In this document: one piece after another, positions 1 to 9,812 of the stretch
How the letters are laid out: each line of letters opens with the position of its first letter
Position numbering within the stretch: the stretch's first letter is position 1
Assembly (NCBI GenBank): GCA_035277805.1
Contig: DATEJU010000128.1
Span: 4,395 to 68,394, forward strand
Direction of reading: 5' to 3'
DNA from: Paraburkholderia sp.
GTDB lineage: Bacteria; Pseudomonadota; Gammaproteobacteria; Burkholderiales; Burkholderiaceae
DNA length: 64,000 bases
Program-made: the position numbers and the translations under genes
Notes under the pieces: model-generated
The model's input: the letters and a program-made list of their open reading frames with translations, nothing else
What the model was told of the DNA's origin: nothing
Databases searched by the model: none

Positions 1-384
1 CTGCGCGCGCTCCTCGATCGTCAGCGGGAGCAGTTCGAGGAAATCGCGCGCGCGCATCTGGCGGCCGGCGGCGCCGAGCGCACTGAGCCCGTGCTTTCCG
101 CGCAGATTGCCATCTACAGGGAGTCCATCAACCAGCCGCATTCCGTCGCGCGCGCGGTGCTTGCAGCCATCGTCGAAAGCCCGGCTTTGCTCGACGACCT
201 CAAGGCGCAGGATGAGGCGAAGATGGCGGCGGTCCAGACCGAGGCGCAGGATCCCGAACTCTCGCTGCTGCGCTACTTCGCGGCCAGCGGCATCGCCTTT
301 ACCTCGCTGCTCGGGCTATCCGATATACCCGTTGCCCTGCGCGACCGGCTTTTCGATCGGCTTCTCGATGACGCGAAGTGGTGA
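1..384 (+). CDS. TetR/AcrR-family regulator, C-terminal part (5' end outside window)
   Basis: Open frame from base 1 (LRALLDRQREQFEE...LLRYFAASGIAFTSLLGL...DDAKW*); helical tail resembling a TetR ligand-binding domain; HTH not visible. Confidence 0.6.
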   Translation: MRALLDRQREQFEEIARAHLAAGGAERTEPVLSAQIAIYRESINQPHSVARAVLAAIVESPALLDDLKAQDEAKMAAVQTEAQDPELSLLRYFAASGIAFTSLLGLSDIPVALRDRLFDRLLDDAKW

Positions 385-552
385 CCCTGGCGGTTCGCAG
401 CTGGTGAGCGCTCTGCTGGCGTGTTGGGCGCCTCATGCCGGCCCCCTCGCCGTTATCGGGGCGTGGGCGCGTCTTGCCGAATCAGGTGCCGACGTTTCAG
501 CTCATCCCAGAATGCCGGCGGGAAAGCACCGGGATCACCCTCGACCCGCGCT

Positions 553-763
553 AATCGAGATTGTCGAATTCGAAGCGGTCGATCAGTATCAGCTGATGGT
601 GGAAGATTTTGCCTCGGTGCTCAATGGCAAGCGCCGCGAATTGGTTTTTCCACTGGAAAGTTCCCTTGGCAACCAGCTCGTAATCGACAAGATTCTTGCG
701 AGTTCGGATGGCCGTGTGCCGCATGCATTGCACGAGTCGCCGGCCACGCGGCAATCATCCTGA
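553..763 (+). pseudogene. C-terminal remnant of a Gfo/Idh/MocA oxidoreductase
   Basis: IVEFEAVDQYQLMVEDFA...FPLESSLGNQLVIDKI resembles the Gfo/Idh/MocA C-terminus; no Rossmann N-terminus upstream. Confidence 0.5.
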
Positions 764-784
764 GGAATCCGGAATGATTGCGCC

Positions 785-1528
785 CTACACGGTGCCAGCC
801 AGATGAAAGCGTGAGGCGGGGTGCCAGACCTGCACGGCGGTCGCGACGGCCTCGAGCACCCATGTGCGCCGCCACACCACGAGGCAAGGCTCGCCGATCT
901 CCATCTCGAGATGCTGGCGTATCTGCGCATCGGGCTTGCGCGCGTAAATGCGAAACTCCGCGCGCTGGATCGGCGCCAACCGCACCATATAGTGATTTGG
1001 CGTCTCCAGCGTGAAGTCCTGCTCGAGGTAATGCGGAAAGACCCGCGGATTCACGTAGCGGTCCTCGTACTGAATCGGCTCGCCCTCCTCCAGGTGCACG
1101 ACGGCGGAATGGAAAACCGGCCCGTTCGTGAGCCCCAATTCGCCCAGCGCGGTAAGCGTATCCCTCGCCTCGAGCCGGATCACGCGCGCGTCGTGGCGAT
1201 GTCCCCGCGCGGCAATCTCGTCCGCAATGTTGCGAATTTCGAGCATGGTCGACTCGTAATCGCGGGGTGCCACGTAGGTGCCCGAGCCTTGAATGCGCGT
1301 GAGCACGCGTTCGGCCATCAGTTCGCGCAGGGCGCGCGAGACGGTCATGCGCGCGACGCCGAACTCCTTGACAAGCACCGTTTCCGAAGGAATCGCGTCA
1401 CCGGGCTTCCATGTGCCGTCCTCAATGCGCTCGACCACATAGCGCTTGATCTGCTCGTAGGGCGGCGCGACCCTTCGCTGCGGCGGATCGCGCTCCAGTG
1501 CGTCCCGGGCTTGCCCGGTTGTTCTCAT
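785..1528 (-). CDS. hutC: Histidine utilization repressor, GntR/HutC family (wHTH + UTRA)
   Basis: PYEQIK...IPSE...FGVARMTVSRAL...QGSGTYV; IRNIADEIAARGHRH; GGAG RBS before ATG 1528. Confidence 0.9.
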   Translation of the reverse strand: MRTTGQARDALERDPPQRRVAPPYEQIKRYVVERIEDGTWKPGDAIPSETVLVKEFGVARMTVSRALRELMAERVLTRIQGSGTYVAPRDYESTMLEIRNIADEIAARGHRHDARVIRLEARDTLTALGELGLTNGPVFHSAVVHLEEGEPIQYEDRYVNPRVFPHYLEQDFTLETPNHYMVRLAPIQRAEFRIYARKPDAQIRQHLEMEIGEPCLVVWRRTWVLEAVATAVQVWHPASRFHLAGTV

Positions 1529-1581
1529 TGTCGTTGCTCCAGCATGATTCATGGCTTGTTGCCGGAAACCCGGCACGTCAC

Positions 1582-3192
1582 TCAGATATCGGCGGCGCGC
1601 GGCGACGTGTCATTGGCCGGCGCACCGAACTCGCCCGCGACATGCGCAATCGGCGCGGACGCGCAATACTCCTGTGCGGACTGCGCCGGCAATGGGTCAG
1701 GCAGCGACGGCGGCCCACCGTCGGCGATCATGTGATAAGCCGTCGACATGTCGTCCGCGAGCGGCCGGTCGTCGCGATAATTCGGCAACACGCTACGAAC
1801 CTGCGCGTGCAACGCCTGCGTGTACGGCGCGCGCAAAGCGCCACCCGGCTGCAGATCGTAGGCCTGGACCGCGGCAAGCAGTTCGATGCCCAGAATGCGG
1901 CTGCTGTTTTCGATGACCGCGAGCGCCTTGAGGGCGGCCGGGGTCGCGTGGCAGAGGTGGTCCTCCTGGAGCCCCGAGGTCACGCCGCCATCGAGGCTCG
2001 CCGGCATGGCCTCGCGCCGGTTCTGCGCAACGAGCGAGGCCGCCGTGTATTGCGCAATCATGAAACCGGAACGCGTGCCGCTCGCATCGGCGAGGAACGC
2101 TGGCAAGCCGCTCACGAGCGGATTCACGAGACGGTCGAGACGCCGCTCGGCCATCGCGCCGACCTGCGCCAGCGCAACCGCCAGGCTGTCCATGGCGAGG
2201 GCGATCGAGGCGCCAACCGCGTGCGCCTGCGAAAACACACGGGGGTCATCCGGCGTGCCCGCGACAATCGGATTGTCGGTCGTCGAGCTCAGCTCGCGAT
2301 TCACGACTTCCGCGGTCGCGGCCAACACGTCGCGCGCCGCGCCGTGAACATGCGGAATGGTCCGCATGCTGAGCGGATCCTGCGTGCGGCGTCCAAGCGA
2401 CGCCGCCAGCAGGCCGCTGCCCGCCAGCACCGCGCGCATGCGCACCCCGACTTGCGCAAGCCCCGGCGACACGCGAAAGGCCAGCGATTGCGCGTCGAAT
2501 GCGGCCATCTGTCCGCCGAGATTCTCGAAGCTCATTGCCGATACGACATCCGCCCAGTCGAGCAGCCGCTCCGCCCGGCTCAGTGCAAGCGCCGCGAGCC
2601 CGGTCACGCAGGGCGTGCCGTTGACGAGGCTCAGTCCCTCCTTGGCTTCGAGCTCGAGCGGCTCGAGCCCCAGTCGTCGCAAGGCCTCGCCGCCACTCAT
2701 GCGCTCGCCGCGCCAGTTCACGCGGCCAGCGCCCACGCACACGAGCGCGATATGCGCCATGTGGCTCAGATAGCCGACCGAGCCGAAGGCGGGCACCTCG
2801 GGCAAGCAATTCTCCCTGAGCAGCGCCGCAAGCCTCTCCACAAGCTCGACACGCACGCCCGAGTGCCCGTGCGCGTAGTTGTTGATCGCCGCAGCCAGGA
2901 TCGCGCGCGTTTCTTCGGCGCCGAGCGGCTCGCCGACACCCACCGCGTGACTCATCAGGATGTTATGTGACAGCGCATGCTGTTGCGCGGGCGAAACCAC
3001 GACATCGCACAGCGCACCGACACCGGTATTCACGCCGTAGGCGCGCAAGCCTCTCGCAATGATCTGCTCGACCAGCACACGTGCGGCGCCGATACACTCG
3101 CGTGCCTCAGCGGAAAGTTCGAGCGGCGCGCCTGCCGCGATGGCGCAGACCTCGCGCCAGTTCAAAGAACGGTTGGTGCGGATGACTGACAT
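1582..3192 (-). CDS. Histidine/aromatic amino acid ammonia-lyase family protein, atypical (no ASG motif)
   Basis: YGVNTGVG, SHAVGVG, KEGLSLVNGT, QDPLSMR, STTDNP, SGFMIAQYTAASL, QEDH motifs; GSVGYL where HutH has GSVGASGDL. Confidence 0.88.
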   Translation of the reverse strand: MSVIRTNRSLNWREVCAIAAGAPLELSAEARECIGAARVLVEQIIARGLRAYGVNTGVGALCDVVVSPAQQHALSHNILMSHAVGVGEPLGAEETRAILAAAINNYAHGHSGVRVELVERLAALLRENCLPEVPAFGSVGYLSHMAHIALVCVGAGRVNWRGERMSGGEALRRLGLEPLELEAKEGLSLVNGTPCVTGLAALALSRAERLLDWADVVSAMSFENLGGQMAAFDAQSLAFRVSPGLAQVGVRMRAVLAGSGLLAASLGRRTQDPLSMRTIPHVHGAARDVLAATAEVVNRELSSTTDNPIVAGTPDDPRVFSQAHAVGASIALAMDSLAVALAQVGAMAERRLDRLVNPLVSGLPAFLADASGTRSGFMIAQYTAASLVAQNRREAMPASLDGGVTSGLQEDHLCHATPAALKALAVIENSSRILGIELLAAVQAYDLQPGGALRAPYTQALHAQVRSVLPNYRDDRPLADDMSTAYHMIADGGPPSLPDPLPAQSAQEYCASAPIAHVAGEFGAPANDTSPRAADI

Positions 3193-3211
3193 GCTGAACC
3201 CGGGAAATGGA

Positions 3212-4003
3212 TTAATGTGCGTTACGGTCCTGATGGCTCGACACGAACTGGCGGAACCGCTCCGACTTCGACTCGCCGAACACCTCCTGCGGGGTGCCGT
3301 CCGAGTCCACCTGCCCTTGATGCAGGAACAACACGCGATTGGAGACGTGTTTCGCAAAACCCATCTCGTGCGTGACGACGAGCATCGTGCGACCTTCGTC
3401 GGCGAGCGCGCGCATCACGCGCAGCACCTCGCCGACGAGCTCGGGGTCCAGTGCCGAGGTCGGCTCGTCGAACAGCATCACCTTCGGGTGCATCGCGAGC
3501 GCCCGTGCGATCGCCACGCGCTGTTGCTGGCCACCCGACAGGTGCGCGGGATAGTGTCCGCGCTTGTCCGCAAGCCCGACTTTCGCGAGCAGCGCCTCGG
3601 CCTCTTCGACCGCTTCCGCGCGGCTGCGCTTTTGCACGCGCATCGGGCCCTCGATCAGGTTCTCGATGACGGTCATGTGCGACCACAGGTTGAAGTTCTG
3701 GAACACCATCCCGAGCTGCGAGCGCACACGGTCCACCTGGCGGCGGTCGTCGGGCTGCAGCTTGCCGTCGCGGCGGCGCTTCATCTTCAGCTCTTCGCCG
3801 GCAAGGGCCACCGAGCCGTCGTCGGGAATCTCGAGCAGGTTCAGGCAGCGCAGGAAGGTGCTCTTGCCCGAGCCGCTCGCGCCGAGGATCGAAATGACAT
3901 CGCCCTCGTGGGCGTCGAGCGAAATGCCCTTCAGGACGTGGTGGTCGCCGAACGACTTGTGAATGTTCCTCACGGACAGGGCGACCGGTGCGGTTGCGTT
4001 CAT
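3212..4003 (-). CDS. Polar amino acid ABC transporter ATP-binding protein (HisP-like)
   Basis: [29 protein letters not shown]. Confidence 0.95.
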   Translation of the reverse strand: MNATAPVALSVRNIHKSFGDHHVLKGISLDAHEGDVISILGASGSGKSTFLRCLNLLEIPDDGSVALAGEELKMKRRRDGKLQPDDRRQVDRVRSQLGMVFQNFNLWSHMTVIENLIEGPMRVQKRSRAEAVEEAEALLAKVGLADKRGHYPAHLSGGQQQRVAIARALAMHPKVMLFDEPTSALDPELVGEVLRVMRALADEGRTMLVVTHEMGFAKHVSNRVLFLHQGQVDSDGTPQEVFGESKSERFRQFVSSHQDRNAH

Positions 4004-4028
4004 ACGTTTCTCCGGATACGGTGTGACG

Positions 4029-4775
4029 TCACGAGGTCGCGCGACGAGATTCGAGTTTCGCGGCGGGACGACGGGCAACCGCCGGCACGGCGCGCAGGTG
4101 ACGCGACAGACGGTGCTCGAGGAGGCCGAGGATCCGCACGACAAGGAAGTTCAGGAACAGATAGATCAGCGCGGCGCAGGCGAAAACCTCGGTCGTACGA
4201 TAGGTCTGCTGAATGATTTGCTGCGCGACGCCCGTCACTTCCCACACGGTAACGAGGCTCGCAAGCGCCGTCGACTTGACGAGCAGCACCGCTTCTGTCG
4301 AATAAGCGGGCAAGCACTGGCGCAGTGCGATGGGGCCGATCACGCGCCGCAGCAGCGCGAACCCCGAGAGCCCGATTGAGTAGCCCGCTTCGATCTGGCC
4401 CACCGGCACGGCGATCAGCCCGCCGCGAATGATTTCGGCGGTATAGCCTGCCGTGCACAGCGCGAGCGAAAGGATGGCGCAGATGTACGGCTCGCGCAGC
4501 ACCGGCCACAGGAAGCTCTCGCGTATCACGCCGAACTGCCCGAGCCCGTAGTACACGAGAAACATCTGGATCAGCAGCGGCGAGCCGCGGAACACGAGGA
4601 TATACGCGCGCGCGAAGCGGTTGGGCAGCCAATGCGGCGACACGCGCAGCGTGACGATCACGAGCGAGAGCAGGCCGCCCAGCACCAGCGACGCGAAGAA
4701 CAAGCCAAGCGTCGTGGGCACCGCTGCGATCAGCTGGCGCATCGTGTCGAGAAGGAAGTCGAAATCGATATGCAT
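4029..4775 (-). CDS. Polar amino acid ABC permease (HisM-like)
   Basis: [24 protein letters not shown] (EAA loop). Confidence 0.93.
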   Translation of the reverse strand: MHIDFDFLLDTMRQLIAAVPTTLGLFFASLVLGGLLSLVIVTLRVSPHWLPNRFARAYILVFRGSPLLIQMFLVYYGLGQFGVIRESFLWPVLREPYICAILSLALCTAGYTAEIIRGGLIAVPVGQIEAGYSIGLSGFALLRRVIGPIALRQCLPAYSTEAVLLVKSTALASLVTVWEVTGVAQQIIQQTYRTTEVFACAALIYLFLNFLVVRILGLLEHRLSRHLRAVPAVARRPAAKLESRRATS

Positions 4776-4793
4776 GGTGAGGTCGCCCTGGCG

Positions 4794-5516
4794 TCAGTTG
4801 CGCGCGAAGTTGCGCTTGAAGGAGCGTCCGACGATCGCTTCCGCGCGGCCAAAAATACGGTTCGACACGCCCGTCATGGCGAGGTACAGCACGCCGCCTG
4901 CGACAAAGAAGAGAAAGTACTGATGCGTGGAGCCAGCCGCCACCTGGCTTGCGCGCAGCAGCTCGGCGAGTCCGGTGACCGAGATCAGCGCCGAATCCTT
5001 GAGGCTCAACTGCCACACGTTGCCGATACCTGGAAGTGCGAAGCGCAGCACCTGCGGAATCAGGATTCGGCGCGCCATGGTGAGCGCCGGCATGCCGATT
5101 GCGCGCGCGGCTTCCAGCTCGCCGCGCGAGACCGCCAGCACGGCGGCACGGTAGACCTCCGCCTGATAGGCGCCGGAGATCATGCCTACGGCAAAGGCAC
5201 CGATGACGAACGGCGGCACGCCGATGAAGCCGTCGGCGCCAAACCACTGGCCGATCGAGGACACGAGCGTCGAGCCGCCGAAGTAGAACAGATAGATGAC
5301 GAGCAGTTCGGGCACACCGCGAAAAACGGTCGTATAGCAGTCGCCGATCACACGCGCGGTGCGAAAAGACGAAAGCTTGGCTGCGGCGACGAGTGCGCCG
5401 AAGACCGCGCCAATCGCAAGCGCTGCAAGCGTCAGTACCACGGTCATCAACGCGCCGAGTAACAGGACACTGCCCCATCCATCCGACCCAAAGCCGAGTA
5501 TTTCGAAAAGACGCAT
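4794..5516 (-). CDS. Polar amino acid ABC permease (HisQ-like)
   Basis: FRGVPELL, AYQAEVYR, GELEAA, LKDSALIS. Confidence 0.93.
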   Translation of the reverse strand: MRLFEILGFGSDGWGSVLLLGALMTVVLTLAALAIGAVFGALVAAAKLSSFRTARVIGDCYTTVFRGVPELLVIYLFYFGGSTLVSSIGQWFGADGFIGVPPFVIGAFAVGMISGAYQAEVYRAAVLAVSRGELEAARAIGMPALTMARRILIPQVLRFALPGIGNVWQLSLKDSALISVTGLAELLRASQVAAGSTHQYFLFFVAGGVLYLAMTGVSNRIFGRAEAIVGRSFKRNFARN

Positions 5517-5600
5517 AACACTTCCCCACTCAAGCCTGCAAAAGAAACCGCGCGACTCCTTAGCAACACTGGATGCGCGCGGTCATGCTGTACGCGACGC

Positions 5601-6455
5601 TCAGGGCGTCACGTCGGTCTTGAACCACTTTTGCGAAAGCTTTTTCACGGTGCCGTCGGCGAGCGCCGCCGTGATCGCCGCGTCGAACTTCGCCTTGAGG
5701 TCCGCGTCCTGCTTGCGGAAGGCCAGGCCTTCACCCGGGCCCCAGATCGGACCGCCGATCTGCGGCCCCGCCGTCGTGATGGGCACCGCTTCTTTCTTGT
5801 CGGCGTTCGCGACGTAATAGGTCACGTCGTCGAACGAGGTATCGATGCGGCCGTTAGACAGGTCGAGATCGCGCTCTTGCGACGTCTTGTACACGCGAAT
5901 CGACGCAACGTCCTTGAAGTTGTCGTTGATGAAGCGCGTATAGACCGTACCGGACTGAATGCCAATGGTCTTGCCCTTGAGCGCGGTACGGAGTGCCTGC
6001 ACTGCGGGCACGTTCGACCTTGCGTCGTTGTCGAGCTTCAGCGCGGGCGATTTCGCAGGCAGGATCTTCGTATCGGTGACGGCGAACGTCGCCGGCGTCG
6101 CCGCGTAGGGCTTCGAGAACGCAATGATTTTTTCCCGCTCGGGCGTGATGGAAATCGCATCCATCAGGACATCGAACTTCCCGGCCTGCAATCCCGGGAT
6201 CATGCCGTCCCAATCCTGGGCGACGAGATTGCACTTGAGCTGCGCCCGCGCGCACAGGTTCGTCACCAGTTCAGGCTCGAAGCCACTCATCTTGCCGCCC
6301 GGCAAGGTCATGTTCCACGGTGCGTAATCGCCCTCGAGGGCGACCGTCACTGTCTTCCAGTCCTTCGCCTGCGCGACACCGCTAACGGAAATCGCGGCAC
6401 CGATCACGGCGGCAGCCATCATCCGCTTTGTCACCCTGGTGTACTTCGACTGCAT
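5601..6455 (-). CDS. Polar amino acid ABC substrate-binding protein
   Basis: Signal peptide, EGDYAPWN, QDWDGMIPGLQAGKFD; AAGGAG RBS before ATG 6455. Confidence 0.93.
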   Translation of the reverse strand: MQSKYTRVTKRMMAAAVIGAAISVSGVAQAKDWKTVTVALEGDYAPWNMTLPGGKMSGFEPELVTNLCARAQLKCNLVAQDWDGMIPGLQAGKFDVLMDAISITPEREKIIAFSKPYAATPATFAVTDTKILPAKSPALKLDNDARSNVPAVQALRTALKGKTIGIQSGTVYTRFINDNFKDVASIRVYKTSQERDLDLSNGRIDTSFDDVTYYVANADKKEAVPITTAGPQIGGPIWGPGEGLAFRKQDADLKAKFDAAITAALADGTVKKLSQKWFKTDVTP

Positions 6456-6510
6456 ATCGACGCTCCTTTGATTGTGGAATCCCGGGCCGATCGCGCGGCC
6501 TTTCGTCAAA

Positions 6511-6530
6511 CATGTTGTCTAGACAAGATG
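6511..6530. promoter_or_regulatory. Putative HutC operator
   Basis: CATgTTGTCTAGACAAgATG; perfect 12-bp palindrome core at 6515-6526 fits the HutC-subfamily GT-N-TA-N-AC pattern; about 60 bp upstream of the ABC operon. Confidence 0.75.
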
Positions 6531-6983
6531 GTGGAACAATAAAATAGATGCAAGCGGATTTTGAAGAATGTGAGCTGACCTGGGGAAAGCACCAGTCGGG
6601 CACGTATGGATATTGAAAGGAATCCTGCCAAAGAATGGCGCGAGGCTGCCGAACAAGCCGCCAAACAAGCTGTAAAGCAGGGCGTGAAGCCGGAATACTC
6701 CAGACTATTTGCGCCCCGGCCAACCCTGTTGCGCGCATGCAGCGGCTGACGAGCACGTCGAGGGCGCGGCATCGCGAGCAGCCTGCCGCAGCCTGTCGCG
6801 CAAGTTAGCTAGACGAGTTGCGCGCTCGATGTCGTCGATTAATGCGCTGTTCGCGGCGTGCCGGGTCATGCACACCGGCAGGCCGCCGGATGCCGCGAGC
6901 GTCGCGTCACGGCTCGGGAGAAGTGGCTGCCCAGTCGGGTCGGGTGCCCCTGTCGGGACCAGGAGGCTGGCCCCGACGCCGGA

Positions 6984-8384
6984 CTAGCGTGTTGGCCTGA
7001 CGTTCTGGTTCAGCCGGAAGAAATTGTCCGGGTCAAACTGCTTCTTGATTGCCTGCAGTCTCGGATAGTTTTCAGCGAAGGCCGCGCGCACCCGGTCCTC
7101 ACCTTCATCGCCCAGATTGTTCGCATAGACCCCGCCCGTAGAAAACGGTCTCAGCGCGCTCCACGCTTCACGGGCCCATTGAATATTGGCTTCGTCTTGC
7201 GTGGCATCGTCCCAGATCGAGAGCGGGAAGCAATCGAAAAGCGCATCGCGGTTCGCATAGGGCGTGGCCGTCTTCGGCACACGGGCGATTGCCCCACCCA
7301 CCTGCTGCAGCACGAACAGGGAAGAAGCCGCGGGAGCGTCTTCGTAGACACGCAATAACGTATCGATCGCCCCGTCGCCCAGTTCGCTCAGGAATTGCGC
7401 CTTCCAGTAATAGCGGCGCCCGCGGGGAAAGACTGCATCGCTGGCCGACTGGATCTGCAGATAGCGAACCGCCGCGAGCTGATGTGCTACCGGCGTCCCA
7501 TACTCCATCAGCGGCGCGACGACGCGCTCCCCCTCCTCCATCGCGCCCGCATAGCAAACCGAGACACTAAAGCAGCGCTCGCCGGATGGCATGGTCGCGA
7601 GCGCGGCATCCAGGCTGAGCTCGTCCGGCGCTGCGCGCGCGAACGCAGCGTAAAAACGCATCGCCTCCCGTGCCTCGCTGTAACGATACGCCACCGAGCC
7701 GGCAAGGAGATCCGGCCCAACGGGATGGAGAACGTATTCGAACGTCGTGACGATGCCGAAGTTGCCACCGCCACCACGCACGGCCCAGAACAGGTCCGGG
7801 TTTTCCGTCGCGCTCGCCCGGCGCAGTTCGCCGTCGGCGGTCACGATATCCACCGCGATCACGTTGTCACAGGCGAGGCCGTATTTGCGGCCGAGCTTCC
7901 CGAAGCCTCCGCCGAGCGTCAGACCGGCAATGCCTGTGTCGGTGTTGACGCCCATCGTCGTGGCGAGCGCATGAGCCTGGGTCGCCGCGTCGAATTCGCC
8001 TAGCGTCAGGCCCGCTTCCGCGCGTGCGATACGACGCACGGGATCCACGTCGATCCGCTTCATTCGGGACAGGTCGATCACCATCCCCGCGTCGCAGACC
8101 GAAAGACCGCCGAGGTTGTGTCCGCCGCTGCGCACGGCCACGAGGTGATGGCCCGCCCTGGCGAAATTGACGGCCTGAACCACGTCGCCCGAGTCGGCGC
8201 AGTAGACAATCAGCGCGGGGCGCCGGTCGATCGCGCCATTCCATACCTTGCGTGCTTCCTCGTAGTCGGAATCACCGGGTACGACCACGCGGCCGCGGAC
8301 GCTTTCCCTGAGTCGATCAACACCCGGTAGTACGGGTTGAGCCGCGCCCGTTCTGCCACCCTCACTCGTTTGCTCAGCTGTCAT
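6984..8384 (-). CDS. FAD-binding oxidoreductase with berberine-bridge-enzyme-like C-terminal domain
   Basis: VRSGGHN (covalent FAD His), GLTLGGGFG, DLFWAVRGGGGNFGIVT, YANN...NYPRL...FDPDNFF. Confidence 0.92.
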   Translation of the reverse strand: MTAEQTSEGGRTGAAQPVLPGVDRLRESVRGRVVVPGDSDYEEARKVWNGAIDRRPALIVYCADSGDVVQAVNFARAGHHLVAVRSGGHNLGGLSVCDAGMVIDLSRMKRIDVDPVRRIARAEAGLTLGEFDAATQAHALATTMGVNTDTGIAGLTLGGGFGKLGRKYGLACDNVIAVDIVTADGELRRASATENPDLFWAVRGGGGNFGIVTTFEYVLHPVGPDLLAGSVAYRYSEAREAMRFYAAFARAAPDELSLDAALATMPSGERCFSVSVCYAGAMEEGERVVAPLMEYGTPVAHQLAAVRYLQIQSASDAVFPRGRRYYWKAQFLSELGDGAIDTLLRVYEDAPAASSLFVLQQVGGAIARVPKTATPYANRDALFDCFPLSIWDDATQDEANIQWAREAWSALRPFSTGGVYANNLGDEGEDRVRAAFAENYPRLQAIKKQFDPDNFFRLNQNVRPTR

Positions 8385-8739
8385 CGGAGCGACTCCTCTT
8401 GCCCGGCGTGAACAAGCAGGACCAACGCATGTTCATTGCGAAGCTCCCGTTTGCATCACGACGCTCAGTAATCCTGCATATTCCGGTTGGCGTTGCGAGT
8501 TCGGCCGGTGAAGGGTGCGATGACTGCGGTACGTTGATTGTTACGACGAAAAGCTCGACTTCCCGCTCGCCGGCAGATCCACCACGTAAATATAGTAAAG
8601 CGATGGAAAGTAGATTGTAGGGTTTTCCCCGGCCTGGCGATTCCGACCTGCCCCCGGTTTTGGCTGGGGAGAACGGTGGAGCCGCTCGGTGTGGTAGCAA
8701 GCGCCTCGGGGACGGGCGCATCACATCCACGACGACAGG

Positions 8740-9222
8740 TCATCGCTTCGCCGGACCAAACAGCCGCGGATCCAGCGCAAAGAGTTCGGTGCTGATGACC
8801 TTGACGCTCGCCATCTCCGGATGCATCGGGTTCAACAGCAGATTGAAATCGCTTGGACAGATAACCGACGGCACCCGCATCGCCAGTTGCTCGCCCGCCT
8901 CGAGCCATTGGCGGCCAAGCGCCCTTGTCGCCGCGGGCTCGCGCGTCAGGTCTGCCCAGCCTTGCGGCAACCCGGGTACGAACGCGCCGTCGTGGATGGC
9001 GTCCGGCACCTCCAGCGTCACCAGGAAATAGCCGCCGGCCGGCAGCAAGCCCGCCATGTGCACCAGCGCCTCGAGCAGCGCCGTCGATGCGTGGCAGCAG
9101 GTGTAGAGCACCCGCATGCCGCGCGGGTTCCAGCGGCCGCCGGCGATCGCCGCACCATTGCCGCTCAGGTCATCGGCGCGGTAATAGCCGCGTCGTTCTT
9201 TCGCCAGGCGGTAAAGCCTCAT
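8740..9222 (-). CDS. RES-domain toxin (NAD+ phosphorylase/ADP-ribosyltransferase type)
   Basis: GGRWN, Y...STALLE, VPSVI, NLLLNPMHP; overlaps the antitoxin stop by 4 nt. Confidence 0.9.
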   Translation of the reverse strand: MRLYRLAKERRGYYRADDLSGNGAAIAGGRWNPRGMRVLYTCCHASTALLEALVHMAGLLPAGGYFLVTLEVPDAIHDGAFVPGLPQGWADLTREPAATRALGRQWLEAGEQLAMRVPSVICPSDFNLLLNPMHPEMASVKVISTELFALDPRLFGPAKR

Positions 9223-9725
9223 GCGGCCACGCCGTGAATGACGCGCAGCAGGATCTCACGCACGCGGTCGTAGCCCGGCTGCGAGTCGAGCACTTCGAGC
9301 GGGCTGAGCCCACCCAGCTCCGCATTCGATCGCTGCATCCACTCGGCCGCCAGCGCCGGGTCCTCGAACACCTCGACAGCGAGCTGACGCACGTAGAGCA
9401 CGCGCGCGACGCGATCCGACTCGCCTGGCGACAGGCGCTCCTCGCGCGCCATCTTGCGCAGGATCGTCGAACTCGGCAGATTGAGATTCGCGAGCAGCGT
9501 CTGCACCGGCACATGCAACAGGTCCTTCGCAACGCGCTCGATGATCGCCGCTTCCATGCCTTCGCGGATCTGCCGGCGCTGCTCGAGCGGGTCGAACTGG
9601 ACGAGGAACGTCTCGATATCGTCAGGGCGGGCGCCGGGCCGACCGGAGCCGGCCAGTGGCTTGCCGGCATGCGCCGCGGCGGGTCGCGCGGCCGCACGAC
9701 GATCGGACGGTTGATTCAGGGCCAT
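9219..9725 (-). CDS. Xre/MbcA/ParS-type antitoxin
   Basis: HTH (LNLPSSTILRK), ESDRVARV, EVFED...AEWM...LGGLSPLEVLDS. Confidence 0.9.
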   Translation of the reverse strand: MALNQPSDRRAAARPAAAHAGKPLAGSGRPGARPDDIETFLVQFDPLEQRRQIREGMEAAIIERVAKDLLHVPVQTLLANLNLPSSTILRKMAREERLSPGESDRVARVLYVRQLAVEVFEDPALAAEWMQRSNAELGGLSPLEVLDSQPGYDRVREILLRVIHGVAA

Positions 9726-9812
9726 GATGTGAGCCTCCCAGATAAGAATATCGCTACTCCCATTCTAGAGTATTCTCAAACGGGAATCAAGATTCTCCCA
9801 TTTGATAGCCCG

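Noticed and set aside
6705..6869. 54-aa minus-strand ORF (MTRHAANSALIDDIERATRL...)
   Set aside because: No RBS or recognisable motif; cannot be supported
8399..8730. Small ORFs between the flavin oxidase and the RES toxin
   Set aside because: Lower-GC promoter-like sequence without coding signatures
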